Translations under genes and position numbers: made by a program
Notes under the pieces: model-generated
Seen by the model: only the letters and a program-made list of their open reading frames with translations
What the model was told of the DNA's origin: nothing
The model's database searches: none
Part shown: positions 26,661 to 44,080 of the stretch, one piece after another
Layout of the letters: each line of letters opens with the position of its first letter
Position numbering within the stretch: position 1 is the first letter of the stretch
NCBI GenBank assembly: GCA_973895155.1
Contig: OZ316893.1
Location: 21,746,955 to 21,810,954 of the forward strand
DNA length: 64,000 nt
Source: Marsupella aquatica
Lineage: Eukaryota; Plantae; Marchantiophyta
Direction: 5' to 3'

Positions 26661-29600
26661 TTGTATATACATCAACGAAAGGTTGACGATGAGAGGAAAA
26701 AAAGATTAAATTCTTTATGATTTATTTCAGATTAGGTGGTGGACGATTTAGGGTTAATTTAGGTTAGTCTTTTAGATACATTTAGGTTTTGATACATTTT
26801 TTTCTCTTATCAAATAAAAATTACATGTATGAATTCTATTTCAAACTTATATTATTTTGAGGTATCATATTATAATGAATTATCTTTTCCTTGTATTTAT
26901 TAATTTTTCTCAAATTTAAATGCAACCCCAACTTATCATGTTTTTGTACTATTGCGAGTCAAATTTGGGTCAAAGCATTTCAGGACCCGAGTTTTGAACC
27001 TGAGACCTCCCCCTCACGAGAGTGATCACTATACTAATGAAACATTCATGTATTGGTGACAATCATTAATCAGTCACAAATTATAAAGAGTAGTTCAGCT
27101 TTTGTGACCAAACCCCTTTGGTCACGGCATTTTTTATGTATGTATGTATATGTATGTGTGGATGTGTAAGTATGGGTGCTTGCGGATGTGGGATGATTTA
27201 GTGAAGCTGAAATTTGGTGCTCTTTGAGATTTGACAGGTGTGGGAGAGTGATTTGGCTTACCCATCTTTGGGTCTCTTTTCGCTTTTGGACCTTGTGCTA
27301 GTTCGTTGGGTCCAGCTTTTATTCTGTGGCGAAATTTTGTCAAATTACATCTCATCGCCACATTTTTGGGTCTTAATTGTAGGTCTCCCACCAAGTCATG
27401 GGGCCTACTACTCAAATCTGGAGGCTCTCCTTGAATCTAGGGAGATCGAATGGTCCAACATTTGTAATAAATTTAAATAGTGAATATTCTTAGCATCTCC
27501 TTGTTCATGCAAGTTTAAATTCGCCAACCTGGCCAATTAAGAAACCCTCATAAATTACCCAGGTTGGGTCTCCTGACTATGGGACGTTGTCCCCTGGATG
27601 GGCGTCTTCACTTTTGGCACTTTCTCACCCGGTTCTGGTGCCGTCTGTAACTTTTTGAGAGGCTCATGTATATTTGCACTTCGTTGTGGTTGCCAGGTTT
27701 GCATGCAATGATTTTTTAAATATTTGTAAGAAATAAGTTTGCATGCATGAATTTTTAATGCAAGAAAGAGTTTGCATGCAATGTTAATGAAATGTAGGGT
27801 ACCTGTTTGGGGTATGGGTGCTTTGTTTTGAAGCAGGGATGCATCGCCTCTGGGTGTTTATATATGTCTGTGGGGGGAATAAAGTCATGTTGAGTGAAGT
27901 ACACACATGTGATTTTAGAGGCCTACTATGTACTAGATTCCCACATTTTTTGTCCAACATGACTACTTTGTTTTCAGATTAATTATTGCAATTCCATTGT
28001 TTTAGTCAGTGACTTAACCATGGTTGAAGGTAACCTAGGGTGATTGAAACTATCAGATTGTTCCATATTGCAATCTCAGAGTCCACCATCAAATCTCATG
28101 TGGCTAACCAGGGTCATTAGTAACTTAACTCATGACAAAAAGGGGCAAGTAGTGATATTCTACAAAAGGGTGCCAATCTAAAGAAACCCAGATCTAATTA
28201 TTGACTAATTCAAGTGAACTTAGCTCTGGTTGTTCTCAAAACTTGAACCTATATTAGGGTTTAGGGCAGTAGGATTGTCCAACATATTATGACCAGAATC
28301 TTATAATAAAGTATGAAGTTGGAATGGTACAAAGTAAATTAGGTGCAAGATAGTACATAACTAAGCCATTTAGGAGGAGAGAAACAATCGTGTTGGATCT
28401 CCATGATATTGACAAGTAATTTGTCAAGTGGAGGATTACCATGATAATAAACAGCAAAAACTAAATAACAAACGATAAAAACCAACACAATGAAATCTGT
28501 ACCCAAACATGAAATAGTTGTCCCTCTAGATCGGTGTCCATGCAAAATATTCATTATTTCTTTAGGTGTGTTAACTAAAGTTTGATGTTGATCTGTACTT
28601 ACTTGCATTACTTACTAGCACTATGAGATAGTAATACTCCAGGTAATGCTTTGACATTTGCTCAAAAGTCCCACACCACCCCACATGATGCCCATTTAGG
28701 AATTGCTCAAAATTCCCACACCACTATGCTATTGTTAATTAAGCATTTGCTCTTTGGTTCTAGAGTTACTATAACCATAGTAACTCTAACCATGCTCAGG
28801 TATTTTAGGGGAAAGAATTGTAAGGGTGGGAAAGAAAGTTCCCCTGGCTTATCATTTTAGGGGAAATTTTAAGGGTGGAAAACAACAACAACAAGGTGGA
28901 CTAGTAGGGGTTCTTGTTCACAGGTAACATAATTATGTTTATGTCTATTAGTTGACGTGTGAGGGCCTGGCTAGGATGATGTCATCAGGGACAATATTTC
29001 TCTCCCTAGGACTTTGGTACATGTGAGGCCTTGGGTGAGGCGGGAGAGTACGGTACTCCTCAATTCTCCTGGTCATCCGCTTTAGAGAATCCTGCATGTT
29101 TGACTTATCATCATATAAGATTGCAAGCATACCTTGCTAATGTTGTGGAGGTCACTCATGAGGCAACTATGGAAAAAACTAAACACTTCTTTATGGACTT
29201 TGTCCAACACATGGTAATTTAACGCATTAATCTTGGATTTTACTCCATCCAAGGCAAGAGACGTACGCTTAACTCACTTAGTACAAAGAGAGTAAAATAT
29301 TCCCAGAAAACACATCTTTTGTTTATCATGTCAAGTTGTTTGCAAGATGGTACTGCTAAATATAGTCTTTGTACAAGCACACTCAAAGGTGTAAAGCAAA
29401 ACGATAAATCAGGGAAAAGGGGGAAAAAAACTCTGATTGGAGGAAAATCTCACTCAAGTTGCGCAGAAAGAAAAACGGGACAAAAGGTCAAAATTCACAA
29501 AGGTTTCATCTCATTTCATTGGATGAAAGCACTGAAGACGGACAAGGACAACACATCCCTCAAAAAGGACATTTAGAGAGAACTATTGCCCCAAATATGA

Positions 29601-29977
29601 CCTTTTTAGTAGCATGCAAAAGTGATAGTATCTATTGTACCCCTTGTTACGGTTTGATACTAACTTCACCTCAACCTTTTTAGAAAAAAATTAATTAGTA
29701 AGGAAAAATCTGTGAAACCCCACAAAAACTGTCTGTCACATATGAACACTACACCTATGATTCTCAACTCAAGTGAGCTACCACAGAACCATGCCTCTCT
29801 GGGCACTTCTCCTCAACTTTGAGACCACAATGATGTCAATTGGATCTTGTGAAGTGAAGAAATGGAGTGAGGACTACGGATTTGAGCAATTGCAACTATC
29901 AAATATCAACCTCAATTAAAAATTGAACAATTTTGAGTGAATTTTATTCATAGATGAACACTGAATACAATGAGTGC

Positions 29978-30284
29978 CCCGGTTTAACCTGACGGGCAAA
30001 TTGTCGGCTTGCCAGGCACGTAAAAACATCAAATGTCGGCCCCAAAACAGCCAATTTGATGTATATTCCTTGTTATTCCCCCAACTCCCGACCCGGTTCC
30101 CGAACCACCCAGACCCCACCCAAACCCGAACCCCTCCCAGACCCCTCCCAAACCCGTCCCCGGCCTCCTGGGTCGCCCCTCACACCCGGACCAAACCCGG
30201 TTCCGGGAAACCGGGCGACCGGATTTGACTATTTACGGTTTGACACCCAAAATTGCCCAGTTTGACGGGCAAGGTCAAACCGGG
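29978..30284. mobile_element. 307-bp non-autonomous TIR element (MITE) with an 8-bp TSD
   Basis: TSD ATGAGTGC at 29970-29977 and 30285-30292; TIRs CCCGGTTTAACCT / AGGTCAAACCGGG (1 mismatch in 13); internal ACCCG-type repeats; CpG-rich. Confidence 0.85.
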
Positions 30285-30814
30285 ATGAGTGCCCTGTAGG
30301 GCACAGCCTTATCACACCTCAATTAATGGGACCTTGCTGGAGGTTTCATTTGGCCTCCCTAGGCCCCATCAAGGCTTTTGTATATATTGTATATAGTCTC
30401 AACCTGTTGACAGAGCATTGCGGGCCATACCCGCCATTGACCAGTGCTTTAGCTCAAGTTTTGAGTTTCTGGTAATAACAGGAAGGCCAAAGATATTTTG
30501 ATTGGTATTATTTATAGTAAAATAGAGGCAAATCCAAATCTTGCGTGCATTCTTCTTGACAAATGCACCAAAACTTACAAAGAGAAAAAGCAGTAAACGC
30601 ATTCACTTGTGAAAAAAACCTTGAGAATTACCCTGGCTGCTTTCTAAAACATGCATGGGAATTTGGAATGATGACTGACACACTTGCTGTAATAAACAAT
30701 CTACAGTCGTAGATGAGATAACGATTGTTGGATCTCCCATATCCGATCTCCTTCATCCTCTATTCTATCCGATCTGCTGTACTCATTATACAATCCGATC
30801 TCCAGTTGGCAGAC

Positions 30815-32335
30815 CGAATATGAATCAGTAGTAGAGTAGTAGAACGAAAAGCTTCAAAGAAGGAACTTACTCTGACTAGGTACTCTTTGAACCATCATCG
30901 GTCCGTGAACTCTGGAGGCTGATGAAGTGGGTAGACTTTTCCCTCTCCCTTTCGGATCCCCGTTCTATGCTGTTTTAATTTCACTAGAATCTTTTAAGGA
31001 AAATAAGTGATGAGACACGACCCAATACGAATCAGTTGTAGAGTTGTAGAACGAACAGCAGGAACTGACTGGAGGGACTCGATGAAGCATCATCTGGAGA
31101 GGAACTCTGGAGCCTGATGAAGTGGTGAGCCTTTTCCCTCTCCCAGTGATGAGACTTTTGAGAGAATAAATGACCAAATATGAATCAGTAGAATATATTG
31201 TTGCAGAACGAACAGCAGGAACTTACTGTTAGTAGGCATTTGTTTATGAATTATCGTCAGTCGGTGAACTCTGGAGCCTGATGAAGTGGTGAGCCTACAG
31301 TAGCTTGTCCCTCTCCCAGTGATGAGACTTTTGAGAGAATGAATGACCGAATATGAATCAGTAGAATTGTAGCAGAACGAACAGCATGAACTTACTGTAG
31401 GCATTTGTTTATAAATTATCGTCAGCCGGTGAACTCTGGAGCTAATGAAGTTGTTTCACTGGAATCTTTTAAGGCAAAAAAAAGTTACGAGAATTTTAGA
31501 ATGAATGACCGAATATGACTCAGTAGAATATGACTACTGAGTCGTAGAACGAACAGCAAGAACTCACTGCAGATATTTATTCAAGAATCATCATTCATCA
31601 ATCGGTGAACTCCGGAAATGACGTGATGCGACCTTTCCCTGGTTGTATGCTGTTTCAATGGAATCTTTCGAGACAAATATAGTGAATGATGAGAGTTTGA
31701 AGGAATGAATGACCGAATATGAATCGTAGCAGAGCAGTAGAACTAACAGCAGCAACTTACTGTAGGTATTTGTTTCCCGATTTGTTTACGAATTATCATC
31801 AGTCCGTGAACTCTGGACAGCCTTTTCCCCTCCCCCCGTTGCATGCTGTTTCAATGGAATCTTTCAAGGCAAAAAAAGTTGTGAGAATTTGAGGGAATGA
31901 ATGACCGAACATGACTCAATAATAGTAGAGTACTAGACTGAATAGGTGGAACTTTCTGTAGGTACATATGACTCGTCATCAGTTGGTTAACTATGGAGAC
32001 TGATGAAGTGGTGAGCCTTTTCCCTCACATTTCGGGACACCCCATTGTACGCTGTTTCAATTTCGGGACGCCCTATTGTAAGGTGTTTCAATGGAATCTT
32101 TCAAGGCAAAACATAGTGATGAGACTTTTGAGAGAGTAAATGGTCGAATATGACTCATTAGGAGAGTAGTCGAACGACCGCAGGAACTTATTGGAGGTAT
32201 TTATGAATCACAATCAGTGGGTGAACTCTGGGGCCTGATGCAGTGGTGTGAATTTTCCCTTGACCTTTTGAGAAGCCCCGTTGTATGCTGTTTCAATGGA
32301 TTCTTTCAAGGCATGAACAGTGATGAGGCTTTCAG
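30815..32335. repeat. Diverged tandem array of about 8 units, 150-240 bp each
   Basis: GAATATGAATCAGTAG-like anchor at ~30817, 31025, 31176, 31349, 31511, 31715, 31906, 32146, with shared GAACGAACAGCAGGAACTTACT, GTGAACTCTGGAGCCTGATGAAGTGG and GCTGTTTCAATGGAATCTTT blocks. Confidence 0.85.
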
Positions 32336-32793
32336 TTGAGCAGAAGTAAATGTTGATGGAACTGTGGAAGGGAGTCGTCACTGACATCAGTCCAGTGGAG
32401 GAAAACAAGGGCGATTTGATATGGTCTTGTGATATTTTAGCGCCTGTCAGCAACAAGGCCGGGCAACGTACTTGGCGCCTTGAAATTCGACTGCCACTTT
32501 GGTTAATTGATGAAAGTTTGAACATCGGCATGAAATATCCCGCCGCCGCGATTGGATTGGAGTGAGGCAAGTACCACAGTCCAAACCAGGAATATGACAC
32601 CACCCTCTCGCTCTATGCGACAAATTGGTCGACAGGTTTCTCGGTTTCCTGTCATTTGGTGCTCTTTCTACTTTTAGGCTTTTTCCCGGGTAAATTAACG
32701 AAAAATTACCCTCATCTACAGTACCTATTCTATCTTTAGTATAATAGTAGTATTAGTGATAGACAAATCACCCTCATTTATCTCTCTATTCTA

Positions 32794-33185
32794 TAGTAGG
32801 GTGTCTCAAACTAGCTCATTCCCAAAGGTTTCAGTGAATGTTGTAGCATAGTTCGCAGACCAAAAACATGCAGTTCCCTCAAACGGTAACTGTCAGTAAC
32901 TCGGGCGGTCAGCGCACCGCCATGTGCACCAAAAGTTGTTTTGCGCAATATGTGTCGGCTCCCTTCAAGAATTGTTCCCACCCTTCGAGAACTGCCAGCA
33001 ACCATGATTCTAAAACTGTCGGCACCCAGCTGACCTGCAGAGCGTGTTGAAACCCATCTCAAACCTGAAACCATGTAAACTACATTGGCCCGAAACTTGG
33101 ATTTTGGTGTATGTAGCGGACATCTATTTCTTAAAACTGCTGACCGGAAAAAAATGGGGGAGAGCAAGTGTGAGACGCCCTACTA
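32794..33185. mobile_element. ~390-bp MITE, Tc1/mariner-like (TA TSD)
   Basis: TIR TAGTAGGGTGTCTCAAACTAGCTC versus reverse complement of the right end TAGTAGGGCGTCTCACACTTGCTC; TA on both sides (32792-93, 33186-87). Confidence 0.75.
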
Positions 33186-34540
33186 TAATTTTCTTTCTAT
33201 GTTTACCCTTTGTGATCTAAACTGAAGGCACAATTCGCAATCTAAGTATACCCTTCATGGTCTCCTCTTTAGAGTGAAGCCATAAGTCAGTAATTTCTCT
33301 GCCAGCAAGACAAAATTTTGATATTTGGAATATATGGGGAGTCTGGGTACTGGGACTCCCTCGTGTGCATGTGCCCAAGTATTTGGGCTAGTATTAGCAA
33401 TTGCAAAGCTCCTCCCTATAACAGGGTAATGGTAATTGTAACGTGCAAGCAAACAGTAAAAATTTTCCTCGCACAAGCAAAAAAAAATATTGCGCATGAC
33501 CCCTATTTTTCTACATCCAACTGCCTCGCTATCAACTACTTGGTTGTTAACATCCTGGCCTTTTTTGCTAGCAAGCTCGCTAGCCATCTAGAGTCTTTAA
33601 AAAAACACAAAATATATAAATGGCACCAAAAATCAAATGAAATTTGAAACCATTAGTGTCTTGTTAATAACATTTCCTCTCTATCAAAATCTCCTGTTTG
33701 CTCGCAACATAGAATACCTCCCTATAACAAGGGGTGCAACCACTCCTAGGGAGAGTTAGTGTATCCAGGACACTAATTAAGTGTATGCTTTTTGTGCTCA
33801 CCTTATTTAGGTCTAAAGGGCAGGTAACCAGGCTAGTAGCAATGAAGCCCAGATAAAATTATAATTGAATGGTAAAGCCTCTGGCAAGGGCATTGTCTTG
33901 GATAATGGGCAGGCCCAATTCTGATTTCTCTTATTCTAAAAAAAATTGTACCTGAAAACCTGGCCAGGGAGTGCACACATCTGCCTGAAGCAGTATGCCA
34001 GATAATTGCACTGCAAAGTGAAAACCAAAAAAATATCCTGGGAGGGCTATCAATTTTGCTGAAATGCTCCCACCTGCAACCTGGATGGCCCCTATGCTAC
34101 CTACAATGTCACACATGATATTCCTAATTAGATTATCGTGGTTATTTGGTTTAGAAAAGTGTTACCATCACCTTTGGATTACTTTTGGATAAAGTGGGGA
34201 GCATCATAACTACCGAAATTGCCAAAGTTACCAAGAAAGGGAAGCCTGGATGGACCACAACATATACGTGCTCAAGTATCATTCTCTCAGAGTAGTGGAT
34301 GGACCTAGCTAGCAGGTTTCGAGGTCCAAGTGCTACCATTTACATAAAGGGAGGATACTATTTGAGTTGGGATCAAATGTTTTGAAATGGTCTATCTGGA
34401 TTACAATGGTCCATTCAAGTGCTCACCTAGCCCTACTTCAAAAGGGAAGTGCTGAAGACCTCCCTCTTTTCACATTCTGTCACTCCCTTCCTCTACTATG
34501 ACATCTCCTCCACGACTTTAGGAAAAACAAATACTATGAA

Positions 34541-34692
34541 ACCTGGTGGATCCAGGTTTGATGATGAACTATGACACTTTAAACCCCCACTGGCCCATAA
34601 GTGGTGGGAAGATAAAATACTCACTTTTTGACAACTTTTATACATTGTTAAGTACATTATTGTTTAATTGTGGTGACCTGGATCCACCAAGT
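34541..34692. mobile_element. 152-bp TIR element with an apparent 6-bp TSD
   Basis: 17-bp TIRs ACCTGGTGGATCCAGGT / ACCTGGATCCACCAAGT (1 mismatch); TATGAA at 34535-34540 and 34693-34698. Confidence 0.7.
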
Positions 34693-34779
34693 TATGAAAA
34701 TGGACCCTGACAGGTTTACAAAATATATGATATTATTGGCTATCGCAGTCTGCGATCATGATCTACTCAGTACTAGAGC

Positions 34780-34990
34780 CATAGGCCGTGAATTGTTTAG
34801 GTAACATTTTTCCTTCATATTTGGACTATGCTTGTGAGTAGGGATGGGGGTGAGGAGTATGGATACAGGGAGCCCTTCCTGTATGCATAGGCCATAATTG
34901 TTTTGGTAACACTCTATTTTCATATTCAGACTATGCTTGTAAGTAGGGCTGGGCATGGAAGTGTGGATACAGGGAGCCCTTCCCCTTGTG
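34780..34990. repeat. Dispersed repeat with internal duplication; inverted homologue at ~44900-45060, fragment at ~42690
   Basis: ACTATGCTTGT.AGTAGGG.TGGG...GGATACAGGGAGCCCTTCC occurs twice; reverse-complement match to CAGGAAGGGCTCCCC...CCATGC.C.GCCCTACT. Confidence 0.6.
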
Positions 34991-37217
34991 CATATGCACT
35001 GGTATTCTGGCTAGTGGACAGTAATTAAGGTTTTGAAAATGGACACTTTGAAAATGGACACTGGCTAGTTTACAAAATTACAACAACAAAAAAGCTTTTG
35101 TATTTGTCTGGTAAACAACTGATCTATGGCCATTTGAGAATGGAAGCAAAAATGCACACTGGGCATGTTTCGTTGGGCATGTTTCGTTCTTTGGGGGTCA
35201 GCACAGAGCCATGGAGCAACGATTGTTGTGAGAAAACAGTAGTCCCTGGACACAGAACCCATGGAAATCATCGGTGACTCCAAACCGAAACCGACTGCAA
35301 TGCCCACCATTTTGTATGGAAATTTAAGCTCCATGTACAGTAGCTTGTCGAGCTTCATCCTTGCAGCTGAAGCTCTTGTAGCTCGCCAGCTTCCTCCCTA
35401 CCTCATCAATATCGTCAAAGGTAATGATGTCTCACTTCTTTTTGTTGGTTGAAACCGGTGTCAATTTTATTATCGACCGATATCGTGGCGAGCGCAGAAC
35501 CAGAACAGGACCGACCTCAAACCAAACCTCAAAAGGCAAAGTGCCAATCAAAGGCCACCGACAGAGTCAACCAGACCACACGGGTCGTTGAAAAAACAGA
35601 GTAGCCCCACGGGAATACGAGACAGCAGAGGAAAAACTATATCCCACTCAGATCCAAACTCCTACCGAGGTAGTTCTGGTAAGCGCTATGTCCCTAATGA
35701 TGTTACAATCAAACATATCCAGCACACTGAGGATTCACTGTAAACGATGCAATTGCGGGATTCTATCTAAATTACACAAAACTTCCGTAATGTCAGAGCT
35801 ATAGGTGAATCTCCCCAGGTACATATGAATGCAGCTCTCGTTCTCTGTGTTGCTTTGACGTTTCACTTTTCTTGAGGCAGGTAGGAAAAATTGTGTTACA
35901 TGCACCGTTGTTTAGAGAATTCCATTTTACTCTCCAAACCTTGGTTGAAATTCACTGATCCATGAGTATTATTTTTTCAAAGAAATATCTCTTCATTCTA
36001 ATTGATTGTCCAATTCCGCGATCACTTATTAAATTTGTGGAATCATCCTGCGAATGCTTTTGGAGCCCTTTCTGGTTTTGTATTTTAAGGTGATTGCCTA
36101 AAGCCACGTTGGACTGTGGCACTCGATTTGACGCGTTTATTTGTATGCATGTGTAACCAAAACACAGGATATCACTTTAAGATTGGCTGACGGAATGGTA
36201 CAGTCACACTGGGCCCTACTTTGGGAAGAGGTAACTTGTTGGACATGCAAGACAAGCACTTGTTCTTTGTCCAACACTGTAGCACGGCAGTGAGCAAGGT
36301 GACTGGGATAAGTTGAAGCAGGCAGACAAGAATTGCTACATTTTCCCCTGTGGCGGCGGTTGCCTATACTTGGTTTGGTTCGCTGCTATATAGATTCTTT
36401 GCAGAACATATAATCAGTTCTTTTGGAATATTGGTTGCCAAGACAAATTTGTGCCATAATGCTCATCACACAATAATCGTCGCCATTTGTCATTCGAATG
36501 GTTTCCTGTATATCATATGGTGTTGGGTACTTGAAATAAACAATTTTGTGGTGTAGTTATCAAACTTGCACAACAGGTAGATGGATTCCTACCCTTCCAT
36601 GGACAATACACTTGCAAGTTTGAAGCGTACAAGTGGATGAATGCTCAAAACTGTTGCACTAGCTAATCCAGTGAAGGTAGCCGCGTAGCTTCGCTGATAA
36701 TTTCAGAAGAATCTGCTTGTGCTCGTTTGTTGCCTTGGTATCATTTGTTGTGACTTTCCTAAAGGTGTCAGGGAAATCTACAAATATCGCGAATGATCAC
36801 GTCTTTCAAGTCCAAGTCCAGAGCAGGAGAGCATCTCAAGTTAGCTCGGCTTTTGCCCTGAATACACATTACGTAGTAAATGATTGGCAACCAATATTTG
36901 TTTTTCATTGAGTTTTCAGAATACCGGCTTAACTGGTACCCTAAAAATGTCAATCCAACAGAAATAAAAGGCAATTTTTTGAAAAATTGGTTAATTCATC
37001 CTTATACTCCAGAACGTTTGAACAATTAAATAGCTGCGTGAAACATCATTCATTTGCGCATCATCTGGGTGAGAGCAAATATCAAGAAGGTATCTTGTGT
37101 CTACCAGAACTCTTCCACATATGTACAATAGTTTTCTCCATGCAATTGCTCTAATAGTGTGCACCGTTGACCTCAGCAGATGTGCAACATTGTGTTAGTT
37201 CGTCACAACATTTACAT

Positions 37218-41000
<3,783 letters not shown>

Positions 41001-41544
41001 GATTGTCCCCTCACTCCTCCGTCTTCTGCGATGTAGGTGGCTGTCTGTCGACCCTCACTTTGCGAGAAGAAGAGCTTCAATCCGAGCAATCACTCCCTTT
41101 TTCACTCTTCTGCGCGGGTGGGTTCTCTCAATTAAGAGCACCGAGAATGGAATGGAATGCAAAACGTGATGCAAAACGAGAAATCAGTTGTGTGCAGTCC
41201 AGATGGCAAGTTGTGTACAGGAGTTCAATGGAATTCGGAGTAGGGATAGAACATGATGAAAAGCTGGCATAACAATTGGTAAGATGGTGAAGGTGTCCAG
41301 AAAAGCTGGGGCACGAGGACGGCAATCGAATTACTTGAGATGCAAGGAAAAGTGGATCCACAATTACTGTATTTCTTTTCTTGAGATTAGCCTGAATGAA
41401 AGGGCTCCTTCCCGTGCCCTTTCCTATTTACGTAAAGTCTTTTGTGATTTTTCTCTTTGTATTTGTGAGTGCATTGGTTTTTCGTAAAGATTTTCCTGAC
41501 TTTTTTCTTTGTAAATTTGAGTGCATTAATTCTCCATAATGCAC

Positions 41545-42675
41545 CCCTTTTTTTGAGGAGGGGATTATACAAAACACCATAAATATAGTAAAATTAAAAA
41601 TTAAACATAGTTTTATGATACAAAAAATTAAATTAAATTTAGTCAAGATCTCAAGATGATAACCAAATCTTATGTGCTGATACTACCAAAATATCTATGA
41701 ATAACCAATTGGCTTAGGTCAATTGGCTAGGGGATTTGCCTGGAACTGAGAGGTCCCAGGTTCAATCCCCCCTCCACACACTGGGGTGTGGAGGGTATAT
41801 GTGTGTGGGTGGGATGGGTTTTGTGGGTAGTGGATTGGAGTTCTGATTATCTGCTCGGCCCCTGGTCGTCCACTTTGTGGCCCTGATTTAATACTCTCTC
41901 CTTCCTGGTGCGGGTCCCTGTTGGATCCGTTGGGGCTCACCCTGGTCTGGGTTCCCTACAGAAAACTGTCACATTGGGATGGGGGGAGTCTAATCGTATT
42001 TCCTCCCCATTTCCGTTCAAGACAAATATATATATCTATGAATAGAATATAATATAACTAAAGAAAGTATATTTTTGGTCAATTCCATAGCAACCACTTC
42101 TTGGATGACAATTTCTATTTCAGGGATTCACTTTTTCTTGTTTGTTACCAAAAAGTCACTCAAGTTTTTATGTACATAAATGTCCTAGTTATGGGCATTA
42201 TGAAAATAATGCCCTCAAAGCTCGGGCTACTGCCCTCGTTTTTCAGGGCATTATATCCCACAATGCTCTCTAACCAGGACATTATCCTATTCATACAGCC
42301 CTCCCTTCTTCTGAGGAGGGGATTATGTGAAGCACCATAAATGGGAAAGGTAAAATCCAAATATAGTGTTGCCATATAAAACAACATGATAAAATGTATC
42401 AAAGATCTCAAGATTTGCCTTTAACTTATTTCATGTCTTTGACCAATTGCATAGCAACCATTTCTTGCATCGCCCTTTACCTTGGATTTTCTATTTCAGA
42501 GATTCATTTTTTGTGTCTTTTGCTAGAAAATCACTCTTAAGTTTTTACATACATTAATGTCCTAGTTATGAGCATTGTGAGAATCATGCCCTCAAAACTT
42601 GGGTTACCGCCCTCATTTTTCAGGGCATTATATCTCATAATGCCCTCTAACCAGGTCATTATCTTATTCAAGCAG
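41545..42675. repeat. Two-copy ~375-bp tandem duplication; the first copy is interrupted by the SINE
   Basis: GAGGAGGGGATTAT...CACCATAAAT...AAGATCTCAAGAT at ~41555 and ~42313; CAATT.CATAGCAACCA...ATGCCCTCAAA...TTTTTCAGGGCATTATATC at ~42080-42260 and ~42445-42635. Confidence 0.75.
41704..42031 (+). mobile_element. tRNA-derived SINE (~328 bp) with a 13-bp TSD
   Basis: A-box-like TGGCTTAGGTCAATTGG, B box GGTTCAATCC, AT-rich tail; TSD ATATCTATGAATA at 41691-41703 and 42032-42044; second copy at ~6070-6300 on the minus strand. Confidence 0.8.
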
Positions 42676-43659
42676 ACTCTAAATGTAGTCCCTCCATGCC
42701 CATCCCTACTCACTAGCATTTATGAGATTATCCATTCCTTGAAAGGAAATAGAGAGGAGAAAAAAATAGTGGAAAAGAGTATTTCATGTTATTTCTTCTA
42801 CTCTTTTGCCCCATCCGTGTTTTTTGGTGTGCACCCTCCCTTTCAGTTATCCACTCACTTGTTGAGTATGCATTCTCTTGTTGAGTAAAACTACCATTAC
42901 TCATAAGACAGCATGCACAAGTTCAACATCCATCGAATGCACAAGTAGTCGACATTGGAGATACATGGCTCACCTCACCAGAGTCTACGTCCACGGGAAC
43001 ACACAAGAGAGCTTTATTGAACTCTAAGCTCATCGGCCATATCAAGTTTCCACAAGATAAGCTCTTACTTCCTATCTCCAAACTGGCTCCATAACAACAA
43101 GCCTCGGTTCCACTCACTAAAGAAGTCCTGCAAGTGTAAGTAGTAGTTGCACATTTAATCGTAACCAAACACCTTACTACGGCTCGACTAACTGCGATTA
43201 ACGGCTCGACTAACTGCGACTAACTCTAGACCTAAGAGGAAATACTTAGCATCAATGAGAGTCACCGTCTAGGTGTTAACTCTAGACAGTAGGCCTAGGG
43301 AGTATAGAGCTTTTGATTGCACTTTTTTATTAGATGGAGTGAAACCACAAACCACAGCCTCTGGTGTCACTCCATAGAGTAGATTGTAAATGGTAGACTT
43401 TGATCTCAACTTCTAGCATAGATAGTTGGCTTGTTTGTAAACTCTGGGTGGTACACATATTTTTGTACCTAGTCTTGAAAAATGTTGAAAGACATATTTA
43501 TTTCCTTACTTTTCATACTCAGTTTCCCCTTTTGTGCAGCTAAAATTTAAAGAAATTAAAGGCATGAGACCACTTGTACCTAGCTACAGAAGTTTACAGA
43601 TAATGCTTTTTCCCAACTTTTTGTAAGAGTTGCACAAAAAGCTTAGTGACCTTTAGGAA

Positions 43660-44080
43660 TAGTCTGATACCAAAGATTGTTAGAGTACCATAAAAAAAAT
43701 GCATTGTGGGATGGCAATCCTCTTTGAACCTTTAGCATCAGAGTACCAAAAAGTTATTTAGCAAGAGGTCTCTGAGGTAACAATCCCCCTTGTATGCACC
43801 CAGGAGTCATTGAGTTAGAATGTTAGAGTATTGTAAGGTATTTTTTAGCAAAGGCTTTGTGGGATAGTAATCCCCGGGATTGGATGTCATACACAATTCC
43901 TGTAGTTTTAATAAAGTATGTTAGAGTACCATCAAGTTCTTTAGCAATAACTTTGTGGGATATCAATCCCCTGGATATGATGTCATTCACAATTCATCTA
44001 CTTTTACTATAACACTGAATAATGTTAAGAGTACCACAATTCTTTAGAAGGACTTTGCAGGATATCAATCCCCTGGGCCT
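43660..44080. repeat. Diverged tandem array with TTAGAGTACCA and TTTGTGGGATA..AATCCCC motifs
   Basis: Motif pair recurs about five times at 60-120 bp spacing. Confidence 0.6.

Noticed and set aside
28300-29300. Possible decayed transposon coding sequence on the minus strand
   Set aside because: Short peptide-like stretches only; no motif I can support.
30815-32335. CRISPR-like array
   Set aside because: Units are long, diverged and homologous throughout, with no unique spacers or cas genes, in a eukaryotic context.
41710-41775. Functional tRNA gene
   Set aside because: A/B boxes are present but no convincing cloverleaf; it continues into a SINE body with tail and TSD.
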